DNA of 63,764 nt, the filler included, from Licmophora abbreviata (lineage: Eukaryota), in the NCBI GenBank assembly GCA_900291995.1. It is 9 parts of 9 records of this genome, joined end to end, with 100 filler letters (N's around TTAATTAATTAA, not from the genome) between each part and the next. Parts side by side here need not be neighbours in the genome. Positions count along the whole stretch, not along the records: positions 54,196 to 58,387 come from OLMU01001215.1; positions 58,488 to 61,257 come from OLMU01001216.1; positions 61,358 to 62,436 come from OLMU01001231.1; positions 62,537 to 63,764 come from OLMU01001235.1; 5 more parts are not named here. One strand, written 5' to 3'. The number at the start of each line of letters is the position of its first letter. The first letter of the stretch is position 1. Positions 55,540 through 63,764 of this stretch are shown here, in pieces. The notes under the pieces are model-generated. The model had not been told where the DNA came from and ran no database searches. It saw nothing but the letters and a program-made list of their open reading frames with translations. A program made the translations under genes and the position numbers.

Positions 55540-56979
55540 ATGCCGATTGATATTAACGAACTTCGCGAGTATCGCGGTGGAAATCCGGAAAAGTACCGCA
55601 CCTTCATGACGCAGCGGTTCAAGCCAGCCGAGCACGTGGACGAGGTGTTGCACGAGGACGAAAAGTGGAGGGAACTGACCGCGCAGATCGATTCGATGCG
55701 TCGCGATGTCAACAAGCTCCAGAAGGAAGTCATTGCACCGAAGAAGAAGGCGAAAGAACCGTGCGAAGCGGAAGTCACGCAGATGAAGGAAATGCAAGGA
55801 CGCATCAAGGAGCTCCAGGCGGAACTGCCAGAGATCGCGGCAAAGCGTGATACTCTCTTGAATCGAATTGGAAATATCGTTGACCCTGAAGTTCCCATCT
55901 CCCAGGATGAAGACGAAGACAATCTTGTGGTCGGAATCTATCCTCTGCCGGATGACCCTCCCACGCTGCCATGCCCGCAGGGCGAGATTCAATATTCCCT
56001 CCCTCCCACCAAGCCCATGACGCACGATGACTTGCTGTGGCGTATCGGCGGCTATGAGCCCCAACGTGGACAGCAGGTGGCAGGTCACCGTGCCTACTTT
56101 CTCACCAACGCCGGTGTCATGCTCAACCAGGCCATTATCAACTATAGTATTTCCTTTCTGAGCGCACGAGGATACAACGTTGTTCAGCCTCCGTTCTTTA
56201 TGAACAAGGATGTCATGGCTGGTATCGCACAGCTGGAAGATTTCGACGAGCAGCTCTACAAGGTCTCGGGGAAGACGGATGATCCGGAAGCGTCTTCGGA
56301 AAAGTACTTGATTGCAACGTCGGAGCAACCGATTTGTGCCTACCATAAAGGAGAGTGGATGGACCCCAAAACATTGCCTCTCCGATATGCAGGGATCTCG
56401 ACTTGCTTTCGTAAGGAAGCTGGGTCGCACGGAAAGGACATTCGTGGTATCTTTCGTGTGCATCAGTTCGAAAAGATTGAGCAGTTCTGTTACACGGTCG
56501 ACGATCTGGAAACCTCCCAGGCCGAACAGAAGCGCATGCTTCAGGCCGCCAAGGACTTTTACGAATCTCTTGGCATTCCCTATCGAGTTGTCTGCCTTGT
56601 CTCGGGCGAACTGAACGATGCAGCCATCAAAAAGTACGACTTGGAGGGCTGGTTTCCTGGACAGCAGACGTACCGTGAGCTGGTCAGCTGCAGCAACTGT
56701 ACAGACTACCAAGCCCGAGGTGTTGGCACCAGGTGCGGCTCCAAGAAGGCCGACAATAAAGGAGACTTGACGGCACGCGCGTCGTTTGTTCATATGCTCA
56801 ACTCGACACTCTGTGCTACTGGTCGAGGCATCTGTGCCATTTTGGAAAACTATCAAACTGAAGAAGGCGTCAACGTCCCGAAGGTGCTTCAGCCATACAT
56901 GGCCGGCACCGAGTTTTTGCCGTTCGTTCGAGGACCCATGGAGGCCACCAAGGGAGAAAAGAAGAGCAGGAAAAAGTAA
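55540..56979 (+). CDS. SARS: Seryl-tRNA synthetase, cytosolic type
   Basis: N-terminal coiled-coil arm, IGNIV, YLIATSEQPI, CFRKEAGSHGKD.RGIFRVHQFEKIEQF, ELVSCSNCTDYQ, VHMLNSTLCA. Confidence 0.97.
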   Translation: MPIDINELREYRGGNPEKYRTFMTQRFKPAEHVDEVLHEDEKWRELTAQIDSMRRDVNKLQKEVIAPKKKAKEPCEAEVTQMKEMQGRIKELQAELPEIAAKRDTLLNRIGNIVDPEVPISQDEDEDNLVVGIYPLPDDPPTLPCPQGEIQYSLPPTKPMTHDDLLWRIGGYEPQRGQQVAGHRAYFLTNAGVMLNQAIINYSISFLSARGYNVVQPPFFMNKDVMAGIAQLEDFDEQLYKVSGKTDDPEASSEKYLIATSEQPICAYHKGEWMDPKTLPLRYAGISTCFRKEAGSHGKDIRGIFRVHQFEKIEQFCYTVDDLETSQAEQKRMLQAAKDFYESLGIPYRVVCLVSGELNDAAIKKYDLEGWFPGQQTYRELVSCSNCTDYQARGVGTRCGSKKADNKGDLTARASFVHMLNSTLCATGRGICAILENYQTEEGVNVPKVLQPYMAGTEFLPFVRGPMEATKGEKKSRKK

Positions 56980-57088
56980 ACTTGAAATGGACACCTGAAC
57001 GACGCGCACATCCTACCAATACAAGGAACAAGTAACAAGACTAAAGAAAAACTCTATATGTGCCGATTCCGGTTGACGCCCCTTTTCA

Positions 57089-58387
57089 TTACTTCTTTTT
57101 CCCACCCTTGTTCTTCTTCCCCATCTCGGGATTCTTAGCCATACGGAACAGAGACGGAGTAACTTCCAGAATTTCGTCTGCAGCAAGATATTCGACGCAT
57201 GCATCGAGTGACAGTTCAATTGGCGCGGTGATGCCAGTGGTGATACCCTTTGTAGCCGAACGCATGTTGGTGAGTTGCTTCGTCTTGCAGACATTGACCT
57301 CCAAATCACCAGGACGTTGGTGAATTCCAACACTTTGAAAAGGGAACGGAGCAAACGGTGAGCATCCAGAGAATCAAGAAAAGTAAGCGACCCTCGTGGG
57401 TGGGATGTCATGTACTCACATCATTCCCTTATACACGTCATCTCCGGCCTTGCAAAACAGCTTTCCACGGTCTTGTGCCCCTTCCAGTCCAAACGATGTC
57501 ACAGGGCCGTCAGCAAATGCCAACAGCGATCCCTTATCACGGCCCTGAATTTCTCCTTGAATTCGAGGACGGTAAGAGTCGAACACACTATCGATAATGG
57601 CGGTTCCACGGGTAGCGGTGAGAAGCGAGGATCGAAGACCCAGCATACCGCGAGTTGGAACAAGGTACTTGACTGTGCTCAAACCCTCGCCTTCCTCGAG
57701 TCCCATATCTTGGAGCTCCCCCTTGCGCTGGTTGAGAAGATCGACTACACCGCCGACAAATTCTTCAGGGACACGAATCTCTACGGACTCCCAAGGCTCC
57801 TCCATCTTGCCAGTTTCTTCGTTTTCCTGGTAGATGACGCTGGGTGGTCCGACCTCGAGTTCAAAGCCTTCACGACGCATCGTCTCAATAAGAACAGTCA
57901 AGTGGAGTTGACCACGTCCGGATACCTCATATCGATCAGCCGATTCAGTCTCAGAAACCTGCAAAGCAACGTTGCGATCCAGCTCCTTGAATAGCCGATC
58001 GCGGATCATACGGCTCGTCAAGAACTTGCCCTCACGCCCAGCAAGAGGTGACTTGTTGACTCCAAGGGTCATTCGGACTGTTGGCTGTTCCACGGCAATT
58101 GGCGGAAGCGGATCAGCCGCATTGGCTCCGGCGTTTTCGTTGGTAATCAACGTATCTCCAATCTCAACGTCTTGGAGACCGGCAAACATAATAATTTCGC
58201 CTGCACTGGCGTCTTCTACTTCCTTTTGACCAAGATTGTCAAAGACAAAGAGATTTCCAAGACGTCCGGTCTTCTTAGCCTTGTCGGGCTGGGCCAGAGC
58301 AACTGCCTGCCCGGTTTTGACGGCACCATTGGTGATGCGCGCAATACCCATTTTACCCTTGAAAGGATCATACACAATATTGGAGAC
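57089..58387 (-). CDS. typA: BipA/TypA translational GTPase, C-terminal part; intron 57333-57419
   Basis: SPLAGREGKFLTSR.IRDRL, VSGRGQLHLTVLIETMRREGFEL, PTRGMLG, VYKGMI|VGIHQRPGDLEVNVCKTKQLTNMRS, EILEVTP..FRMAK. Confidence 0.95.
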
Positions 58388-58487
58388 NNNNNNNNNNNNN
58401 NNNNNNNNNNNNNNNNNNNNNNNNNNNNNNNTTAATTAATTAANNNNNNNNNNNNNNNNNNNNNNNNNNNNNNNNNNNNNNNNNNNN
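58388..58487. other. Artificial assembly spacer (inside BipA/TypA)
   Basis: N44-TTAATTAATTAA-N44. Confidence 0.98.
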
Positions 58488-58569
58488 AAGAGAGTGAATA
58501 CGATTCTCTTGTGTGTCTCCGGTGCAGCGATTTTATCTCCACACATTTTCCTGCCCTTCATTCACTCAC

Positions 58570-58750
58570 CGAATCTTTTGTTCTGTAGAAGCGGGCGCTT
58601 CGGCCACAGCGACATGGAGAGCGCTCCGTTCTTCGCATGGCCGCTACCCACAAACGCGGGCGAACACCATGATGAGGAAGGGGTAGTAAAGGCAGTAGCC
58701 GATGTCAGCAACAAGCTCAGCGCATACAGCAGCCTCATCGTTGCCATCAT
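58570..58750 (-). CDS. First exon with a bipartite plastid-targeting presequence, probably of BipA/TypA
   Basis: MRLLYALSLLLTSATA-FTT (ASAFAP-type cleavage). With a 1-nt correction at about 58610 it reads SMSAVAEAPASTEQKIR, then a GTGAGT donor at 58569. Same strand as the typA fragment. Confidence 0.7.
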
Positions 58751-59192
58751 GATTCGCGTCTACAGAAAGAACAACACAGGAAAAAAAAGTGACCACATTC
58801 GATCGGTGGTGGCTAAAACGCGTGGCGCTAAATTTTCGAACTCATTCTGACGCACTCAGATGTTCGGATTTGATTGGCGGAGGATGACGTGAAAAAATGG
58901 CGCGCCAGACATAGAAATGTTCAATGGCTGTGGGGCCTCGAATGAATGCCACCGGGAACGTATGGCCAGACAGACACTTTCGAAGAAGAAGAAGAAGAAG
59001 TTTCGAAGTTTTGCGCACTGTGTGTCCCTCGAATGCAACAGTTCAACAGCATCATAAATTAGATAGTATAAGGCAAAGTACAAGGTTCCGGGCCGTCTCT
59101 CGCGCTGTTCATTCTATAATCATTTTCTTCCAAGCTAACAGACTAAACAATAGGAGGAAAGAGTCGACTCACTCGTCCGCTCTCTAATAAAC

Positions 59193-59882
59193 CTAATGAA
59201 TACCATCCGAGTAGTAGCCGGCGAGTTCAGGCAAAGCACAGAAGCGGCGAATGTACGCAACGACCTTGGGGTACTCTTCCAGACACTTGGGATCCACATG
59301 ATCAATATGGCCCTTGGAAAAGGCTCGCAAGGTCGGTACTGCCAAACAATCGGCAATCGTCGGCTTGTCCGCACTCCCAATCCATTGTCCACCGTTGGCT
59401 TCAATCTTAGCCGAAATGTACTCCATGAACTTGGGCATTTCGTTTGCTACCCATCCCTGCCGCATTTCCTTGACCTTTTCCGCTCCTTCTGAAGTCTTCT
59501 GAAATCCCTCGGGATGACCAAAGGACTGAGGCCTCATACCGATGGACAGACAAGGCATCCAGCTCATCTGCATGTCTTCCACCAATCCCATCGCCTCTTC
59601 CACCTCAAACAATTTGTCAGTGGGATACAAGTAGCTGCATTCCGGATTCACGGTACCCGCCCATCGCAAATGAGCTCCCGACTGCGACTTGTAGGGCCCT
59701 CCATTGACGCTCACGACGGGCACCTGTCCGTAGGGTGTGCTTGGTTTCAAGGTTTTCCAGTCGGGAAAGGCGATCCGCTTGTCTTCAAACGGAACGTGTG
59801 CCAGCTTGAGGGCCAGACGGATGGGCTCTGCCCGACCCTCAATGGCAAAGTAAGTCAACTGAACGGAAGGAAGAGACGTCAT
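59193..59882 (-). CDS. Glutathione S-transferase, sigma-like
   Basis: LTYFAIEGRAEPIRLAL, FEDKRI, TPYGQVPV, SQSGAHLRWAG, PTIAD. Confidence 0.93.
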   Translation of the reverse strand: MTSLPSVQLTYFAIEGRAEPIRLALKLAHVPFEDKRIAFPDWKTLKPSTPYGQVPVVSVNGGPYKSQSGAHLRWAGTVNPECSYLYPTDKLFEVEEAMGLVEDMQMSWMPCLSIGMRPQSFGHPEGFQKTSEGAEKVKEMRQGWVANEMPKFMEYISAKIEANGGQWIGSADKPTIADCLAVPTLRAFSKGHIDHVDPKCLEEYPKVVAYIRRFCALPELAGYYSDGIH

Positions 59883-60018
59883 GGTTTGTCCTCCGAGTGA
59901 TATATGTGTGCGTGGTTGATTCATCAAACGACTTTTTGGAATCAATCGCGATCATCGATGAACTTCCACGAAGCCCAACACAAGCTATCCTATTTTTCTA
60001 CACGTTAGAGCTCGTGAT

Positions 60019-60030
60019 TTTGGCGGGAAA
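60019..60030 (-). promoter_or_regulatory. E2F-like site in the GST/DUF1415 divergent promoter
   Basis: TTTGGCGGGAAA is the reverse complement of the 12-mer at 15758. Confidence 0.35.
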
Positions 60031-60153
60031 ACTACTCGTAAACTTCTAAATCGGTTCCAAGACAAAGTTGAAACAGACAATGATCACAGTGTCAAAGTAC
60101 TACCGGTAGTTTAAAGCTGTTGTATGGATTGATCGATTGTACTATCAACTCAA

Positions 60154-60915
60154 ATGACTACCGCCCGGAGAGTCCTCCTGGTATCGGCAATCACAGTGTT
60201 TCACATCTACAAGTACCCTGTTACGAACGCATGGACTCGTCATCCTTCAGTTATCACTGCTGCGGCATCGCATCGTCGCCACATGGGCAGTGTTCCCCGA
60301 GTTCACTCGGGAAAGGATCTACCTTCATCAGTCCCGCCAAATAGAAGCAATCCGCGTGTGTGGACGGCATTCTCCACAAGCCACAACGAAACTGGTACGG
60401 ATGAAAATCACCGTTCAGCTAGAACGTGGACTCGCGTCGAGTCCAACGAGATTGACACCGCAATGTCACCTGCCGCCGCCTCATTTCGATGGTGCACAAA
60501 CTTTGTTATGCCCTTAAATCTGTGTCCGTGGGCCGCCTCCTCGATTTCAACTGAGAATGCCTTGTCAATTTACGCTGTGAATGATAGGGCATGCATGGCG
60601 GATGCAGTGGAATCGGCGGCACAAATACTCCGGGACAACGTTCGATCCAAAGAAATCGATCCCAACGTGGCGATTTCCTTTGTTGTACTTGATACAGATG
60701 CACAATGGGACTTTGCCTCGTTCAACGATTGGTTCAATGAACTTGAAGAGTCCTACTGGTCGGACGATGGAGAGCATGGTGACTTGGGCGACTTTGTGAC
60801 ACTGGCTCCATTCCATCCGGATTGGAAGTACGGAGACGATGCACCTGCGGAACTCGACCTGGAGAAGCGCAGTCCTTATCCGACTGTCACGATCGTATGC
60901 ACTGGTGTTATTGAT
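60154..60915 (+). pseudogene. DUF1415-family gene, apparently truncated near its C-terminus
   Basis: WCTNFVMPLNLCPWA, LAPFHPDW and KRSPYPTV motifs; similarity stops abruptly at a (TAA)4 run. Confidence 0.6.
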
Positions 60916-61257
60916 AATAATAATAACGCAATGATTAGTAGCTGTAAACTACTGCCAACAGGCTTTAACGTCGCCTCCATCCGCCGCCACTCCACCGGTT
61001 GTCACCGATGTCGGAGAACGACCAGGATCCACTGATCCTTTCACTGAAACGTAAAATGCAATGCAAATGTAACAAATACCTTGGGCTTCCACCCCTGTCG
61101 TCTGAAGTCGTATCCCGTGATACCCTGCTCCATCCATGTATCCGCCTACCTCCTCCTGAGTAAGGCCGGACTACCGGTTGTTGTCGGCCGCGTGGCGCTC
61201 AGCCTGGCGCTGCCTAAGGGCCCGAACGGTGGCCAACCATTGGACTTTATATTCCGT
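60915..61257 (-). mobile_element. Putative 3' end of a non-LTR retrotransposon
   Basis: The minus strand reads EYKVQWLATVRALRQRQAERH..* followed by about 245 nt with small hairpins and a (TTA)4 tail abutting the truncated gene; the rest runs into the gap. Confidence 0.45.
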
Positions 61258-61357
61258 NNNNNNNNNNNNNNNNNNNNNNNNNNNNNNNNNNNNNNNNNNN
61301 NTTAATTAATTAANNNNNNNNNNNNNNNNNNNNNNNNNNNNNNNNNNNNNNNNNNNN
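61258..61357. other. Artificial assembly spacer
   Basis: N44-TTAATTAATTAA-N44. Confidence 0.98.
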
Positions 61358-61633
61358 AGTCATGGAGGAAGATCCAGCTTTGGGAAGCCGGTTGTACACT
61401 ACCAGGTCCGGCTGAAAGTGCGGAGTCATGCACATGTTGGTCATATTGGTAGTGTGCCCTCCCACTGTCTTCACTCTTGAGGCCTTCTGGAGCACCTTTC
61501 CAACACCAGATTGGCTGTTCGAGTGATACTGGACTTCAAAGAATGCCCCAAATTGAAAGAAGTAGAGTGTAAATGCAAACGCCATGGCGAGAGCTAAAGT
61601 AGCTCTGAAGCCAGTTAGACGAGAGACTGACAT
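61358..61633 (-). CDS. Golgi-type carbohydrate sulfotransferase (HS2ST/UST-like), 3' partial
   Basis: N-terminal TM anchor and 5'-PSB motif VVYNRLPKAGSSSM. Confidence 0.8.
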
Positions 61634-62071
61634 GATCGTATCCTCACAACGCTAACTGGTAGCATGCAGTAACCATTTTGTGGGAAAAGGACTAACAAGA
61701 TTGTTTGACAGTTCGTGATTCGTTGTAAACACGAACGTCTATCTTGCGTCTATCACGAGCATCGTTGTCACCTCGCCACCCGACTCGGTGCTGCGACACG
61801 AGCCCGCCTGTCATCGTCAGGGACTTTCAAGCCTTCTGCCTGACGCGAGATGACTAACATGGTCGCACATCTACCCTGCATCTTGCTCTCAAGATTGACA
61901 TGGTACATACCGGTAGAACAAAGATATGATCCAAGTTCGTGGTGGTGTGATGGTTTCTTCTGTGCCACATCCAAACATCACCGTGCGATTTCGTGAGAGT
62001 ATCATACAAAGCTCCTCATTGACACTACGTATGTACATTGTACGAGTGTTGCAGTACCAGGTATCAAATAG

Positions 62072-62379
62072 GTATATCCTCAGCCCGGAGCTCGTAGTCA
62101 CGATACTCGTGACTACAAAATTCAATCGCAAAAAAATTCAGTCTTATGACCCATTTCCTGCATCCGGGACCATCCATGCGTCCTAATTGGTAGGTTATTC
62201 ACTAAAACATAAGGGTAACTGCGTAAAATTGCTTCACTAGAGTCTAACTGGTACTCGAGATCACATAGCCTCCGGATCTCATGTAGTCACGAGTATCGTT
62301 ACGTCGGAAAATGTAACCCGGTTTTACAAATATTTTAGACGTCACGATACTCGTGACTACATACGGCTTGAGGATATAC
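62072..62379. mobile_element. MITE-like element with terminal and internal inverted repeats
   Basis: GTATATCCTCA (62072-62082) / TGAGGATATAC (62369-62379); three copies of the GTCACGATACTCGTGAC-type palindrome inside. Confidence 0.6.
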
Positions 62380-62436
62380 AGCGAGTCGAGTCACGAGAGA
62401 CCGACCACGCCAACAAAAGCGAGCTCGAGAGATGTG

Positions 62437-62536
62437 NNNNNNNNNNNNNNNNNNNNNNNNNNNNNNNNNNNNNNNNNNNNTTAATTAATTAANNNNNNNN
62501 NNNNNNNNNNNNNNNNNNNNNNNNNNNNNNNNNNNN
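62437..62536. other. Artificial assembly spacer
   Basis: N44-TTAATTAATTAA-N44. Confidence 0.98.
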
Positions 62537-62784
62537 GTGCTCCTGAGTCCACTGAACTCACTCGCGACTGATTTCGTTTGAAACAGAAAGGCGCGCGCGG
62601 CATTGGAAAAGCGGGCTGGCTTCTGTACGACGGTCGGACAGACTGAGAATCCCAGCAGACGGCGTCGAAACGCACACACATCACTGTAACTCTTGCGGCA
62701 GACATCTGCACTCACACACACTCCAACAGAGAAGATCGTCCCGGCGGGTGACATCTCCCAGAAGGCAACAGTTTTAGTCATGGC

Positions 62785-63678
62785 ATGTCGCGAAGTGTAA
62801 AGAAACGCACGGGGCGTGTGATGTCATCCTTACTACTGCTTTGCTTTCTTTTTCTACGAGACCAAGCAGGTGGGGCGATGCTCATTTTTACGGATGCTTG
62901 GTCTTTGGAATCATGCGTGTCACGACGCAACGCACTCTGGACCGGAGCCTCGTCGATGGTGCCTCTCTACAACATTGATTCGGCGAAGGCTGCAACACCG
63001 CAAGCAGCAGTTCCTCGAGAAGCGAAGCTTCGTCTGAATTACGTCTACTCCAGTACGTGGACTGGTACAGCATTGTCTTTACGGACTCTGGGACAAGCAG
63101 TCGCGGACACGAATCTGCATGCCACATGGAAGATGGGTCGATGGCCGGACCCAATCCTCCGTCGACCTGCTTCCCCTGTTTCTAGCGACTACTTTGGTAC
63201 AGAAACCTTAAAGACGGCGTGTGCCGTTTTGCAAAAGACGGCCATCGAACACCACGCCGTCGGACTGGCCGCACAGCAGTGCGGTGTCGACGCACGCCTC
63301 GTCTATATAGAACAGCCAACGCGACGTGTCTTGGTCAATCCAAGAATCCTGCATCGCTCGGACGAGTCGCGGATGCGCGTGTGGCGCGAAGAGTGTCTTG
63401 TAGTGCCACCGACCTTTCGTGGGACCGTATTGCGCGATGCGTGCGTAACGGTAGAGTACGAGGACTGGGAGGGAAGTCGACAGTGCGTACGGCTGAATTC
63501 CGAAGCGGCGCGATGTCTTCAGCATGAATTGGATCATGATACGGGGATTCTGATACTGGATCATGTCAGTTTGGAAGAAATGGAGAATGACGACATGCGG
63601 GCCATGGAACGTCAGGGACATGACGATCGTATGCTACTGGCGTATGCGAGGAATGTGGAGGACAAGGTCGAGTGGTAG
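62785..63678 (+). CDS. Peptide deformylase with an organellar presequence
   Basis: WPDPILRRPA, AVGLAAQQCG, LVNPRI, EECL, ARCLQHELDH..GIL. Confidence 0.88.
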   Translation: MSRSVKKRTGRVMSSLLLLCFLFLRDQAGGAMLIFTDAWSLESCVSRRNALWTGASSMVPLYNIDSAKAATPQAAVPREAKLRLNYVYSSTWTGTALSLRTLGQAVADTNLHATWKMGRWPDPILRRPASPVSSDYFGTETLKTACAVLQKTAIEHHAVGLAAQQCGVDARLVYIEQPTRRVLVNPRILHRSDESRMRVWREECLVVPPTFRGTVLRDACVTVEYEDWEGSRQCVRLNSEAARCLQHELDHDTGILILDHVSLEEMENDDMRAMERQGHDDRMLLAYARNVEDKVEW

Positions 63679-63764
63679 TAACAGTGTATTTAAGCTACTG
63701 TAGCGTGATGTGACATGTTGGAGACGACGACGACAACAACTTCCCACCACTGGTTGGGAAAGTC

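Noticed and set aside
55534..57009. 491-aa antisense ORF opposite SerRS
   Set aside because: Shadow ORF in codon register with a strongly biased gene; no recognisable motifs.
537..58611. Programmed ribosomal frameshifting as a shared system
   Set aside because: The shifts go in both directions and lack a common slippery sequence or stimulatory structure; sequencing indels are more parsimonious.
60960..61055. Possible hammerhead ribozyme (CTGAT...GAAAC)
   Set aside because: The core reads CTGATCC rather than CTGANGA, and the required stems were not found.
62094..62361. CRISPR-like palindromic repeats
   Set aside because: Only three copies with mixed orientation and irregular spacing, no cas genes, and a eukaryotic context.

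Overview
Gene-dense eukaryotic nuclear DNA, most likely from a diatom or related stramenopile (short spliceosomal introns, a bipartite 'ATAF' plastid presequence, diatom-type gene families). It is a draft scaffold of nine contigs joined by artificial 100-nt spacers (N44-TTAATTAATTAA-N44); the HRD1 and BipA/TypA genes appear to continue across spacers. About 32 protein genes are visible, including an Hv1 proton channel, phospholipase D, SEC63, casein kinase 1, a CABLES-like cyclin, HRD1 and UBR1-type E3 ligases, SerRS, BipA, GST and peptide deformylase. No rRNA, tRNA or CRISPR array was recognised. The most unusual items are: a natural MPC1-MPC2 single-chain mitochondrial pyruvate carrier with a 3+1+3 SWEET-like layout and a presequence; a Rav1/DMXL V-ATPase regulator of about 3150 aa fused to PDZ, SH2, DEP and C2 domains; an aralar/citrin-type carrier with an N-terminal cyclic-nucleotide-binding domain; a GC-AG in-frame intron inside a PLD catalytic motif; a probable retroelement 3' end truncating a DUF1415 gene; and a palindrome-rich MITE-like element. 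Four clear and one weaker single-base frameshifts are probably sequencing errors. All family assignments come from recalled motifs; no searches were run.
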